Origin: the human T2T-CHM13v2.0 reference genome, Homo sapiens
Assembly (NCBI RefSeq): GCF_009914755.1
Contig: NC_060925.1
Strand: one strand, 5' to 3'
Length of the DNA: 64,000 nt
The notes below the pieces were generated by a model. That model was not told where the DNA came from and did not search any database. It saw nothing but the letters and a program-made list of their open reading frames with translations. Shown here one piece after another: positions 30,876 to 50,307 of this stretch. Within the stretch, counting starts at the first letter, position 1, and every line of letters starts with the position of its first letter. The position numbers and the translations under genes were made by a program.

Positions 30876-31122
30876 TAGCTGCTCAATAAATATTTATTGA
30901 CTGAATTAATTGTGAACAAATGAGCACAGGACTCCCAGAGACACCTGGTATAGTCCCTGGTACACAGCTGCACTCAATAAATACATATTCCTTCCTATTT
31001 TGTACTTAATAAATATGACAAGATAGGCTATGATAAATTGTATTAGAGGCACGAAGAAAGTGCTGTGGGAGAACTGAGGTGGTGGCTCTGCCCCTTGGGA
31101 TGAGGGAGGACTTCAAGGATGT

Positions 31123-32868
<1,746 letters not shown>

Positions 32869-32869
32869 G

Positions 32870-33620
32870 TGTGCAAAGCTGCTTCCCCCAGAAGCAGACC
32901 CTAAGTCAAGGATTCAAGGGCAAGTAGTTTATTTTGTAGTGATCCCAGGAAGCACTGCTGGGGAGTGGGGAAATAAGAGGGGAGGGAAATGAATACAAGG
33001 TGTGATAATGAGCAGGTTTTGCTGCAGACAACTGGGCCTCAATCCCTCTGGGCACCTCAATCCCTCTGGGAGACAATGCCAGGCTGCCTCAGAATTATCC
33101 TACTCCCAGGACTTAGGAGGCTGGGATATTTATCCTCCAATGTCCATTCACCATTATTAGCGGAAGGCTGCTCCTGGGGCCACTGACCACCCGGTGCTTC
33201 CCGTCTGCTTGGGCTGAGAGAGAGCCCTCGATTGAGAGTGACAGATGCTTGCGGTAGGATGAAGGGCACGCACCTGGTGGGTGAGGGCAGAGGGAATGTG
33301 GGCAGGGCACTTTAGTGATACTTGGGCTGGCCTTGCAGGATAAGCCCCCATCTTGTTTAATATACTGTTTTTCACGTCTTTGACGCTCAGCGCTAAGACT
33401 AATCCTAAGTGGGGCAGTCACTAATAGCTGTGTCTCTACCTCTCTGTGCTAGCAGAGAGGCAAAGAGCATTTTCTCTCGTGCCCAGTTGGAAAACTCTCT
33501 GGGAAGGACTCTGATTGGCCCAGCTTGGGTCACGTGCGTGCTCTTCAGATCGGGGGCGGGATATTATGATTGGCAACCTCCACCACCACTCATAGTGAGG
33601 GGAGGAGCAGTTAGTAGCCC
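32870..33620. mobile_element. Ancient ERVL-class LTR fragments (family uncertain)
   Basis: GCAGACCCTAAGTCAAGGATTC...GTAGTTTATTT...GATCCCAGGAAGCAC and TCTGATTGGCCCAGCTTGGGTCAC resemble old LTR consensuses. Confidence 0.5.
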
Positions 33621-34040
33621 ACCAAGAAGAGGTGTGCTACTCCCAGCAGGGAGGGGGCTGGGCAGGTGAAAAAATGGATCTCCTGTACAGGAAGAGTTCT
33701 TTCGTTTGTTTATTTTATTTTGTGGGTGACAAATAAAACTCACAGAGGAGCTGCAAGTTTAATGAAACAATTTACATGCCAAAATAGAACAAGCCTCACC
33801 AAAGAGCTATTGACTGGTTTGGAAACACAAACACAAAACATCCATCCTAATTTTATGTATTCAGTGTATAGAGCAACATATGTGATAGAAGAGAAAATAA
33901 TTTAAACCCCAAATAGTTAAAAAGCCATTCATTAGCACTCTTTAGCCTGCCTGCCATTCAATGCTGTATAAAGGGACCTCAGGAGAGTTACTTAATCTCT
34001 TTGAGCCTCAGTTTCCTTCTTTGTAAAATGGGAATGATGC

Positions 34041-34498
<458 letters not shown>

Positions 34499-35987
34499 CT
34501 AACCTCATCAGCAAGCTCCACCAGAGACTCCGGCCCCAGGAGCCGGGGAGGGTTTCTCACTGGAAGCGTGCCCGCAATGCCGGGGATCTGTTTCCATCTG
34601 CTCATTTTACTGCTAAGTTGTAAAGTGCTAAATGTCATTATCCTCCCCTTCCTTAAACAAGAAAAAAAGTTAACAGCCTGAGAAAAGGAGATATTTCACT
34701 TCATTTGGCATCCAGCCACCATTATCCACACAGGGTGCTCCCTTGGGGTCTGGCTAGGGATGGAGAGGAGCCCTAATCTGTTCTGTTCTGCTTTCAGCTT
34801 CTAGCACCCACTCTTTGCAGGCTCCAGGCTGGGTGGCCAGGTCAGAGCTCAGCCTGGCTGCTGGCAGAGTAGCCAGCCACCCTCTGAACAGCTCAAACAC
34901 TGCAATAGGTGCCAAAACAGAGGGAAAGTAACTTGTTCAAGGTCACTCTGCTTATTAGGGCCTGTTCTATATGGCCCAAGAAGGTGAACTTGAACCAAGG
35001 AAAATTACAGATTTCAACTCAATAGAAGGACAAACTCAGAAGACTTAGACCTGTTGAAAAATGATTCCTTCATGAGGTAGTGAGCTGTTTGTCTGCCAGA
35101 GGCATGCAAGTGTTGGCTAGACCCTCCTTTCAGAAGACTCACTGTAGAGAAGAGTCTGCTCTAGATGGCAGGGTGGGGGGTGGGGGCAAAAAAGCTTATG
35201 ATTAAAGTTCTTTCCAACTCTGAGACTCTAGAAATGTATACCTGAGAAATCTCACCCATTTTCATGATCTTTAACATGCCTGGCCCCTGCTGTCTGAACA
35301 GGAGTTTCTGGCTGCCTGATGATGGCATGACACAGAAGGAGTGAGCAGGCAGAACAAGGTGTGATTCGTCTTCATTATTCTGATTATGGGGTCATTAAGG
35401 CTTTCACTCTGCAGTGCTCCCTCGAGGACCTCCTGCTGCTTCCACTGTATGACAGTTGATCCTCCCAGCAGCCTAGTGGGCAGGGGTGTCCCACAGGGCT
35501 CAAAGCCATACTTAAACATCACTCGCCCATTGAAGCTGCTGTCCCTGTGGACTGCAAGGCCTGGCCTTAGCGGTGACTTATTGAAGGGGGCAGCCATAGG
35601 CCAAATCCCAAGGTCTGGGAACAGCCATGCCCTCTTCTCCACTGGGCTGTGGAAAGGCCACTAACCCAGGATGAGTATGGCTAGTGTGGAGAGACTGAGG
35701 TTGCCAGCTAAAACCTTCAGTAGCTTCTCTTAGGTTTCCTACTGGTCCCTAGGGCCCAGTATAACTTGCTCATCACGGTCTAGACTGTGAGCTCCTAAAG
35801 GCAAGGACAGGGTCTGTTTTGTTTCCCACTATGGCTCCAGAGCTTGGCAGTATGCTTGGCACTTGACCAGTGCTTGGTAAATATCTGTTGAGTGAGTGAA
35901 TGGAAAACCTGTAGTCTTCCCGAATGTGACAGAAGTGAAACTGGCAAGCAGGCATCCCTAAAAGGGTGGACAGCGCTGTACCATGAG

Positions 35988-36395
35988 TGATATGGTTTGG
36001 CTGTGTGTCCTCACCCAAATCTCACGTGGAATTTTAATCCTCAGTGTTGGAGGTGGGGCCTGGTGGGAGGTGATTGAATCATGGGGGAGGTTTCTCATGA
36101 ATGGTTTAGCACCATCCCCCTTGTGCTGTTGACATGATAGAGTTCTCACCAGATCCGGTTGTTGCACCCCGCCCCTCTCTCTTGCTCCTTCTCTGGCCAT
36201 GTAAGACGTGCCTCCTTCCCCTTCACCTTCTGCCATGATTTGAAAGTTTCCTGAGGCCTCCCATGAAACCGACCAGATGCCAGCATCATGCTTCCTATAC
36301 AGCCTAAGGAAACATGAGTCAATTAAACCTCTTTTCTTTATAAATTACCCAGTCTCAAATGTTTCTTTGTAGCCATGTAAGAAGGGACTAATACA
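35988..36395 (+). mobile_element. MSTA-type MaLR solo LTR
   Basis: TGATATGGTTTGGCTGTG...AATTAAACCTCTTTTCTTTATAAATTACCCAGTCTC...GACTAATACA; perfect 5-bp TSD ATGAG. Confidence 0.93.
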
Positions 36396-37951
36396 ATGAG
36401 TCTGGAGGTTTGGACAAGTCCCTGCTCTTTGGGCCTCAGTTTCCCAATCACAGAATTGGGGAACTGGCATGAGGCTGGATAGGGGGTAGGAAGAAAGGCC
36501 ATGTTTCCTGGCTGAGCTCTAGACCTCAAGGGTCCTTGGGCTGCAGAGCTGGCCCCAGCCTCTGTCATTGGACTTGGTAATGGAGCCACATCTTTGGGAC
36601 TGAGGTGCCACATCACTGCTGGGCATTTACTCAGTTCAACATCCAAAACTAAGTCTGTCTTATATGCCAAGTACACTGTGGGCCATGGGGCCAAATGAGT
36701 TGTGGTTCCTGCTATGAAGAACCCAGAGTTGAGTGGGGGCAATGGACATGCAAAGAGAAGGAAAGAAATGCAACACAGTGGGACAAAATGCCCAAGAGCT
36801 CTCCATGCGTGAAAGGGAGTGATTAATGAGAGCTGAAAGGATGTGCAAGACTTCCTGGAGGAGGTGCCTTTGAGCAGACCATTTGGGGTAGAAATGACAG
36901 GAAAAAAGCCAGTGGAGGAAAAGGGTGGACAAAGGCACCAAGGTTAAGGCAGTGTGGGAGCAGAGATGAGGGGTAAAGTAACAGGTAGGGTTGGTGCTCA
37001 CAGGACATGGAAGAGGCCCAACTCCAGACCGAAGATGACACAGCTCTTGCACAGGTCCGTGTTCCAGGACAGAGCACTGAACGAGGCTGGTCTGGTTCAA
37101 ATCCTGGCCCTTCACATACTTACCTGTGACCTTGTTCTGTGTCTCAATTTTCTCATCTGTAAATGAGGATTCTAATACCTAACCTTCAGAGCTGTTGAGA
37201 ACATTAAGTGAGACTACACCATGAGATTGCATTAAATGAGATTACATGAGATTAGCACAGAGTAGGCAGTCTGGGAAATGGGGTTTCCTATCTCTCTTTG
37301 GCTTTTTGTTAATATGCAGATACTCCTGAGAAAAGCTATAGCGGGCATGTGTTAACCATTTATATAATTAGGGTGAACGAGATTATCAGAAAGTTTACTG
37401 AAAAAGTTATGAGAGGACAGGGAAGCAATGGAGGGAGAAATGCATGCCTTTAGGGACAGGAAAGGCAAGAAAGGAAACAAACTAGGGAGCCTGGGGCAAA
37501 AGATAAACTTCATCAACCTCTAAGTTTTGCCAGAAGACTGCCTTAAATTCAGTTTGTTTGTTTAAGGAAGGAGAAGAAAGAAATGGGTTCCCATCCTAGG
37601 GATGGTCATGGGTCACAGTCTTGGGCATAAGAGGGATAGGGGTGGGTGGGGGATAGAAGTGGACAGGGGTGCGTGTGGCCTGCTGTGGAGTCACCTCCTG
37701 GCCTCTGCTGCAATGGTGGTGAGAGGAGAAGGAGGGTGAGAGAGAATGTCACCATTCAAAGTGGTGAACCATGGTGACCCATGAGGTAGAATTCAGGAGA
37801 CTTAGGGTGGCCTCCCTGCCATATTTCACAGGTACCCGGAATGCCACCGTTAGTGTTGAAGCATTGTCCAAGTGGATATCAGAGTGACTCGTGTAACAAG
37901 TGACACACAAACCTTTAACATATAAACACTGAATACTTTAGTGTTGATCAG

Positions 37952-37957
37952 TTTATT
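37952..37957 (-). terminator. TTC22: TTC22 poly(A) signal AATAAA (3'UTR ~37935-39465)
   Basis: First canonical TTTATT on + seen downstream of the stop codon. Confidence 0.65.
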
Positions 37958-38214
37958 AGTATTTTTCCAAACCTGAAGAATGGTGAAAGTTTGTGGTACA
38001 GTGTGGGGAAAACAGTAAGTGTGGCTTTGGGCAAGCCACTTCCCTTCTATGGCTCTCAGTTTTCCCATCTGCACAATGAGGGGGTTGGAGTGTGTGGTCT
38101 CTAAGGCACTGAATTTCAGTCTGTTCTCCATCCATCAGTGGATATGTGAGATGCAATGCAGGGGTGCTGGCCTGTCCCTGGTAATGAGCGAGGATATGAG
38201 CAAAGCAGTGAGTA

Positions 38215-38751
<537 letters not shown>

Positions 38752-39289
38752 CTAATGGGTGGCGCCCTTAGTTTCCCCCAAGAAGAGGGAAATCAAGTGA
38801 AGGTTCTATTGATGAGCTCTATTTCAGAGCATTTGGGAGGCCTTTTGGGCCAAGCGGACCAAGAAGGAGGCCTACTAGAAAAGTAGCAGAGAGGCAGGAA
38901 TGAGCCCTGAGCACGAGGCTTAGGCTAGGGCCCTGTCCCGTAACTCACTCGCCGTGCCACCCTGCCCTCTGCTTTAGTCAGGGCTTTTCTGGCTGCAGGA
39001 GCTGAGACCACACTCCAGTCAACTAAAGTAAACGGGGCTTTCTCATAAGGATAGAGTGTGGCCTACCGGAGTCCAAAGACAGGCACTCAGGCCTGAGGGA
39101 TTGAGCGCCCGGACTAGAAAACTGCCACACTGAGGTAGCTGTCTTCTGTTTCTCTCAGAAGCCTCACAACCATCTTATTTTACCTGTATGTCTAGAAAAT
39201 TCTGTCCCTTAATTGGCAGCTTCCCAGTGTTTTCTCACCTCTGCTCCCAGCCTCTTCTGCTCTCGGGAATCAGGCCTTCCAGTCTGGGT

Positions 39290-40070
<781 letters not shown>

Positions 40071-40517
40071 TTGCTTTAAAAAAAAATTCCACTCCTTCAC
40101 TCATTCCCACCCTCTCTCCATCGACAATTATTAATCACACGTTTTATTCCTGCTCCTCTAGAAAAGGAGTACCCCGATTCCAGTTCCAGCCCCTTCACAC
40201 CTAGCTATATAACCTTGAGTGAGTCAATCTCTGGATCTCGGTTTTCTTGTACCTAAAATTATGATATTGTCACTTCTTGGTAAACATTCCCTGAACACAG
40301 ATAGAGAATAGGTATCTTCTAGATAAAGAATAATGCCCACACTTCCTGAGTGCTTAGGAAGAGCCAAGCCTTATTCTAAATACTGTACACACGTCTTATT
40401 CAGTCCTCACCACGGCTGGAGGAGATGGGTACTGTTATCAGGGAGTGAAACTTTTTCCTCTGCATCTTGGCCTAGCCCTTGGTCTAGCCTGGCAAGGAGT
40501 AAACAGATTCTTGCTCA

Positions 40518-40805
<288 letters not shown>

Positions 40806-41931
40806 TTATGTGTTGCAGTAGAAAGACCCTGAGGCCAGGACCCAGGAGTCCTAGGTCCTAGCCTTGGACCAACTTGGGTTAGCCATACCCTCTTTCTGGT
40901 CCTTAGTTTCCCTGTCTGTGCAATGAGTGAGTAGGATGAAGTAAGAGTCCCTTACTCATTCAGCAGATATGTATTGAGTGCCCACCATGTGCCAGTTCCT
41001 ATGCTGGGTACAGGAGGTACCGTGGTAACAAGATAGATGAGGTCCCTGCTCTGGCAGAACTTAACATTCCAGTAGGGGAGGCAGTCAATAGTAAACAGTT
41101 CTATTTCAAGTGGTAAGTGCTATGACAAAATAAATATGGCAATGGGATAGAGGTGATTGGGGAGGATTATTTTAGGTAGGATGGCAGCACCGATTTTGTG
41201 AGAGTCTATGTCAACAAGCAGTTTGGGAAGAATGGCAGGTGGCCCCAACTGCCAAGCATCACATTACAAATGATCTCAAACCCTTGCTTTCCTGAATTCC
41301 TCCATTTTCCCCACACTTAGAGCATTTACAAAGTTTGGAGGTTTAGGAGGGGTGGGTTTGGGTTGGGTAGAAGGAAGCAAGGGAAAAGGGGTTATTGTTG
41401 TTGAAGGTATTAATGCTTTATAGTCATCAGAAGGGATTTGCTTATAAGACAGCATCATGGAGGCAGGGGGAGATGAATCTCTGGCTTTCGGGTCAGTTGG
41501 ACTAGGGTTTGAATTCCAGTCCTTCCCTTAACCCCTAGCTATTAGCCATGTCATCTGGAGGGAGTTCCACAACTCTATGAACCTGAACCTCATTTCTATA
41601 TCTGAAAACTTAGTACATGAATATCTTCCTTGGGGAATTACCATGATGTCTGAAAGAACATATTCTAGTCAGGAGCTAGCATATGGTAGGTGCTCAGTTC
41701 ATTTATTCATTCAGCAAATATTCATTAAGAGCCTCCTCTGTGCCAGACACTGTTCCAGGCACTGAGAATACAGTAGACAACAAAACCACAAAAATCCCTG
41801 CCATTAAGTAGCTTATATGTTTTGGGGGAGAGAGAAAATAAACATGATAAATATGTAAATAGTGTGTAAGGGAGTGATTAGTGCTAAGAAGAAAACTAAA
41901 CCAGGAAAGGAAAACATAAAATGTTGGCGGA

Positions 41932-42245
<314 letters not shown>

Positions 42246-43749
42246 TTAATTAACAAATTAAATGTTGGCATGGCTTTGATATTTTCAATTAGATGGCCAC
42301 TAGAAGACCTGTAGGAAGTGTGGGAGGAAGCCAATCAGATATCTGGGAGAAGAGCATTCCAGGCAGAGGCCCAGGCCAGTAGGGTTGGAAGACTGAGAGA
42401 GGCATGAGCAGAGGGAGGTGGGGTAGAGAGGTCATGAGGCCAGGGCCACGCTTATGGGCCGCAGCATGGACTGAGGCTTTTACACAGATAATGTGAGTTC
42501 CCTCCTCCTCCCATCTCTTCTCCACCATCCTGTGCTCCTCTAGTCATCTGAGTAGTAAGTGTGACCTCTGGCACCACAGAGAGGCCAGGATCATAAGACA
42601 CCAGATGGTGATGGAGGGAGGAGAGTAAAGTTGGAGTTTCTGATTATTGAATGCAGTTCCTTGGGGAAGTTCCCTGCCTCCCTGGTTCTATGTGGCCTCA
42701 TTTGTAGGATGGACATGTCCGGCCTCTCTCAGAGGGTTCTTGTGAACATTAAATCAGACCATGAACTTGAAAGTGCTTGATGAAATGCAGAATTTTATAG
42801 AGATATTTTATTATTTACTATTATGGTTAATGTCATTATTATCTAGAATAATAACCACATCCACGACAGTGAAGGAATTTCACTCCTGCCTCGTACCTGC
42901 TGGCAAAGTAATTAAGCCACTGAGACCAAGACTGGGAGTAGATTTGCCACTAGGTCATGTGGATAGTAGTGGAGAAGATGAGGGGATGGGAGGACTCTTC
43001 GGCTTGCAGTGAAGTAAACTGGGAGCTCCGAGTCGGCTTCCTCAAGCACATGGGCTCTGTGTGGGCTCTAGGAGGCAGGTCTGGGACCAGTGCGGGAAGC
43101 TAGCAGGAGGCAGAACTCACCTAAGTGTGTAACTTGCAGAGCTGAATGACTATGCAGTGGACTGCATCAAGAGACAGTGAGATAATTCAAAAATATGCCT
43201 AATATTAAATTAGTAGCAGTCAGTCTCTTATGAAATCTTACTGTGTGCTTGATGCTGAGTTTTACATACAAAATCTAATGTAATTCTCATAACAACTCCA
43301 GTCTACAGATAAAGAAATTGAGGCTCAGAATCTGGGCAAGAGTATTTTGCCAAAGGTCCCGTAGCACGTGGTGTTGTGGGATTTGAACCAAGGCTGTCTG
43401 TGTTCAGAGCCAGAGCTCTGATCCACTATATTAAATGACCTCTACTGGCTTTCAGAAAAGCACCCCCTATGTCCAAGGCACTGTGCTTTAGATGCTACCT
43501 CACTGTGTCTGTTGACAACATTTTAAGGAAAGTGTTGTTATTTATATCTTACAGATTTGGGAACTGAAGTTTGTGGGGGTAAGTGGCTTGCTGCAAGTTC
43601 CACAAGGCGGAGAAGCCAGATTTCAACTCTGGTCAGTCTGATTCCACCCGTGCCAATCCAGAAGAGGCTGGGGGCTCACTGACCAGGAATTGTAGAAGGG
43701 ATTCCTGCAGTGAGTGGAGGCTCCTGCATTCTTTCACTCAAAAACCTTA

Positions 43750-44367
<618 letters not shown>

Positions 44368-45146
44368 CTAGGTAAGGGAGGAGTGCAAAAACAAACCACT
44401 TGCTTGGTCATTAGCCAGAGCTGGCTAAACAGTGCTGAACCACAGGAACCCCATCTTTGGATACAGCCGTATCAACATGGTGCCCTTTACCCATATCCAC
44501 CCTTATCCACCTGCCAGTAAGTTGTCACATCACGAAGCCCCAACACCTTGGGGCACAACCTATTGGCACTCAACTCCTGAGAGCCTGGCCCACGACCACA
44601 TCACCGGTCACATCCAGTAAAGCCTTCCAGAGCCCAGTCAGACCCCTCCTTCCCAGTGTATGCTCTCCCATCTTCCTAGGGCAGGTGAGAGGAAGGGCCA
44701 GAGGCAACCCCCATCCCCCAACCTTACAAAGTACAGGGTTTCTACCTGGGTAATAACACTTACCCCCACTATTGTCATTGACTGCTTCCTGTTGTAAGTG
44801 ACTTGCCTTAGGGTCACACAGCCTATGGGCAGGGCTGGCAAGGAGACACCAGCTAAACCCATCTTTCTACTATGCCACTGGGGGTGGAGAGGTAGGGAAC
44901 TCCTGGCAGAGGGAATACTGTGAATGAAGGTCTCAAGGGAAAAAGTCTAAGGGTCTATTTCAAGGCTGGAGAAATGGGCTGGGGCCAGACTGGGTATGGG
45001 GAGGGTCTCTTTTGTTTTGAATGAAGAGAGGATGGAGAGCAAGGTCTGGAGTAAGTGTACTTCCTGGGTGGGCCACGCGGTGGGGGTTGATACCCAGAGA
45101 AGCCTGGGTTCTAGGTGGAGAGGCTGGGGTGCCAGGCTCCTTCTCA

Positions 45147-45515
<369 letters not shown>

Positions 45516-45736
45516 TCATCGGGGGACCTCATTTCAGGTACGTAGGTCTCTTCTGACTTCAGCTCTCACCAGCTCTGGTGGTTCTAGTCCCTGCTCTTGC
45601 TGTCTGGCCCTGCAAAAAAATGACTCGACTCCTCTCCAACAGAGGCTTCAATCTTCTGACCATAAATAGGTGGAAATAGGGGAAACTACCTCTCACCCTC
45701 CAGGTCATGAGCTGCAGACGGGCAAGCCTGCAGTCA

Positions 45737-46351
<615 letters not shown>

Positions 46352-48315
46352 TTACTGAGGTACTCTGGCCATTGTTCATAAACTCCCACACTCACTGAAC
46401 CCCAAGAGGCAGCAGGCACAAGTGGGAAGGGCTTTGACCTTAAACACCTTTGATTACAGTCCTGGTTCTGCCCCTGACTGGCTGGGTGGCCTTGGGCAAG
46501 TCACTTCACTTCTCTGACTACAGAGACTTTGTGAGGGCCCCCAGTGAGGTGCCTATCCTAGAGCAGGTATGGCGAGCATTTCCTCCCCACCCCGCCACAG
46601 GCCCCCCAACCCCAGGGCGCACACCCCACTGCCCACCCTCTCCTCCACGCCCACCGGCCTCCCGTTTGGTGCCATCCCTGCAGTCTTCACCTTCCTGAGA
46701 AAGTCCCTTTGGTCATGTTAAGTGAGCCCAGCTCAGCTGAAGCCCAAGAACCCCCCTGAACTGTTTTGCCATTATTATTCCTGCCAACCTTGCTGTGCGA
46801 CTTGGGCACCAGATAAAATATTTATGCTGTTATTTATGGTAGTAGCTGCTCCAGCTTCGGGAAGGAATTTTAATGAAAACCAGTAAAACCCCCCAGTGCA
46901 TATCAGCAGCTCTCCCTCAGGCTCCAGCCCCTCCCTCCACATTCATCTCCCGTCCCTGATCTGGAGGCTTCACTCTGTACTTGCCACCCCGACTGTGGCC
47001 TCCTCAGCTGTGGGGGAGGGGGACCCATCATCTCTCTACCCCCGTCCCCAGCAGCTGGGGTGAATGCATTTGTGAGCACCTATGGCATAAGGTCCTGTGC
47101 TGGGTGCTCTGGGAATGTGGCACTGAATGGGACCTGCACCCTGACCCAAACGCACTCACAACCTGGCAGGGGAAGCAGATCCAGGCTTCAGTAATAGGAT
47201 GCCACTCAGTGCCTGCATGTGCCAGGATCCTGACACCCATTTTCTCCATCTCACAACAAACCTATCATGTAGCTGTTATCCACATTTTATAGTGGAACAT
47301 ATTGAAGCTCAGAGAGATAAAGTGACTTGCCTGAGGTCACACAGCTTTTGAGGGTCAGAGCTGGGATCTGGTCCCCGTTTGTCAGCCTCCAAAGCCCATG
47401 CTTGCTTCCCCACACTGGGTTGCCAATAGCTGTGGTATGAAGCCAGGCCTGATAGAGGCCATGAGAGTGGTACAGAGGAAGTGTGGGGGATGGGCAGGCC
47501 ACTCCCAGCTGGGGGATGTGGGCTTAAGGAGGGTCTTGGGTCATATTGGCACTTCAAAGGGTGGGCTCCAGATGGAGGGCTCCCGTGAGCAGAGGCCTGG
47601 AGACGTTGGGGATGGGCAGCTGATGGGTGTGCAGCACACAGTGTGTGAATGGGGATCTGGGGGAGCCAATGCTAGCAGGTTAGGTGTGGCTGCTCCGGGG
47701 AAACCTTGGATGAATTTGAAGGGAGGGGTCCTTGTGAGTCAGATCCCACCAACTGGTGTGACCACCCATCAGGACAGGGTCTGGAACCCAGGTCCCAGTC
47801 AGACCACCCAAAAGGGGCCCCACTAATTGCATTTCTCAGTCAGTATTCCCTGAGTATCTTCTCTGTGTGGCTCTCGGCTGGGCAATAAGGACAGGAGAGA
47901 AAAGGCAGGCTCTGGGTCCTGCAAGAAAACCAGACCCAAAGACACAATAGAGTAGAAGGAACATGGGGGCAATGGGAGCCCAAGGAGGTATCCTGTATAA
48001 TCCAGGAACATCCCCATGGCTATCCAGAGGAGGAAGTACTAGGGCAGGGTCCTCAAGGACAAGTAGGAATCACCCAGGTGGATACGGTGAGAAAAGGCAA
48101 TCTAGGAGGATGGGACATCAAGTGCAAAAGCTGAGAGAAGAGCGAGCAAGGCATGCTGGGGTCTGCATGCAGCCAGAGGGCTGGAACCCTGATGGTAAGG
48201 AGTGGAGGGAAGAGCCAGCAGGCGCATAATCAGGAGGGGCCCCTGAGTACCAGGGTCAGGACTTGGAGCTCATCTGCAAGGTAGTGGGGAGTTATAGAAG
48301 GAGATAGAGCTGGAG

Positions 48316-48615
48316 GGTTGGGCGCAGTAGCTTATGCCTGTACTCCCAGCACTTTGGGAAGGTGAGGCAGGAGAATCTCTGAAGCCCAGCAGCAGTCCAA
48401 GACCAGCCTGTGCAACATAATGAGACCCTGTCTACTCGAAAATCAAAATCAAAATAGCCAGGCACAGTGGTGCAAGTCCATAGTCACAGCTGCTCTAAAG
48501 CCTGAGATGGGAGAATTGATTGAGCCCAGGAGTTTAAGGCTGCAGTGAACTATGATAGCACCACTGCCCTCCAGCCAGGGCAACAAAGTGAGACCGTGTT
48601 TCTTAAAAGAAAAAG
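48316..48615 (+). mobile_element. AluJ
   Basis: Diverged dimer; short TSD TAGAGCT. Confidence 0.88.
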
Positions 48616-48983
48616 AGGCTAGAGCTCAGGAATGCCAAGATCCGACGGATGTGTGCCTTTACATTTGTATCACCTTGAAAGGTAATCCTGTTACTTAGGT
48701 GGGAATATGTATATTGGGACTTTAGCTGGGAATAGGACTGTCTGGAGGGGAGAAGGGATGGCCTCAAGGCTTAAAGGGCATCCCTGAGAAGTGGGGAACA
48801 CTTCCCAAAGCAAAAGGCAGGGATAGGACTCTGGATACCCTTATCTGCTTTACTTACACTGGACCTGGGAAGGAAAAAGGAGACTGGGATTTATGGAGCA
48901 CCTAGTGTGGGCCAAACTGGCATGATGTGTCAAAGCCTGACCATGTAAAGGATCAGGGGCACATGGGGTGCCTCAGGCTTCCT

Positions 48984-48984
<1 letters not shown>

Positions 48985-49015
<31 letters not shown>

Positions 49016-49096
49016 CTTTCTTCTTTCTTCTTCTTCTTTTTCCTTCTTCTTCCTTCTTCTTCTCCGTCCTCCTCCTCCTCCTTCTTCTTCTTCCTC
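48985..49096. repeat. (GCT)10 followed by a (CTT/CCT)n pyrimidine tract
   Basis: GCT x10 at 48985-49014, then a degenerate Alu tail. Confidence 0.95.
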
Positions 49097-49382
49097 TTTT
49101 TTTGAGATGGAGTCTTGCTCTGTCACCTAGGCTGGAGTGCAGTGATGTGATCTCAGCTCACTGCAACATCTGCCTCCTGAGTTCGAGCTATTCTGCCTCA
49201 GCCTCCCGAGTAGCTGGGATTACAGGTGTCTGCCACCACACCCGACTAGTTTTTGTATTTTTAGTAGAGATGGGGTTTCGCTATGTTGGCCAGGCTGGTC
49301 TTGAATTCCTGACCTCAACTGATCTGCCCACCTTGGCCTCCCAAAGTGCTGGGATTACAGGTGTGAGCCACCGCGTCCGGCC
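49097..49382 (-). mobile_element. AluS
   Basis: Full reverse dimer; distal TSD CCTGGCTGCTTCT. Confidence 0.93.
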
Positions 49383-50307
49383 CCCTGGCTGCTTCTATGT
49401 GAGCAATCCCATGACCTCTGGTCCCTCACCTGCTTTGAGGTTGGCTCAACTGAGTCATGGTGGGGAGAAAGAGAACCCACTCTGCCTTCCTTGCTCCTGG
49501 CAAGGGAGCCTAGCATCCAGCAAGAACAGGTGTAGTAGACTTGAGGGGTGGGAAAGCGAAGAGCTGAGGCTCGTGTGCCTGGCAGGCCTGGCCATATGAG
49601 ATGGGTGACCTTGGGGGATGTTACCCCTGGCAGGTTATGTCCTTATCTGCAAAGGAGGATAATCATATGGGCCTCTCAGGAGTTGTGAGGGCAGTGCCTG
49701 GCCCAGAATAGATGTCTGTTCCCTTTTTCCTGGTCTGGGTAGAGCTGAGTAGGGTTAGTGTTCCCTAGGAGGTTACTTTGTCCACTGTGGCGTGTTTCAG
49801 TGCCCGATGAGGCAACGTGGTCTTTGGCCCTGGAATCTGGAGCCATCCTGTGGCACCCTGCTGTCCTCTCCCAACTATGCTCCCAGGACCTCAGGACCTC
49901 CAGTCCCCTGTTGGGTCCCAGGCACCTTTCTTGCCTCCACAGGTCCCCAGTGTTGGAGACTAATGTGTTGTCCTCAGGGCTCTCCCAGCCACTCTCTTGT
50001 TTGGTATTCAAGTGGCAAGAAGTTAAATTATGTGTCCAAACCACAGTACATGATAGAGCTGGGGCTTAGATTCATGCCTCCATGATCCTATTCCCAAGCC
50101 TTGTCCACAACACTCAGTTATCCTGATCAATCTCCTTACTAGATATCCGAGGACACCGAGACAAGAGAGGCGAAGTGGCTTACCTAAGGTTCCACACTAG
50201 TTAGCATCAGAGCTTACAGTCCAGTGGTTTCACCACCACTCTGCGCACTGTTGACTATTACTGATTAATTCAAGAGCCTGGTTAAGGTTTTCACTAAGCA
50301 AGCAATA

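Noticed and set aside
33037-33070. CCTCAATCCCTCTGGG x2
   Set aside because: Ordinary tandem micro-duplication within an LTR.
41349-41367. G4-like GGGGTGGGTTTGGGTTGGG
   Set aside because: Common motif with no supporting context.
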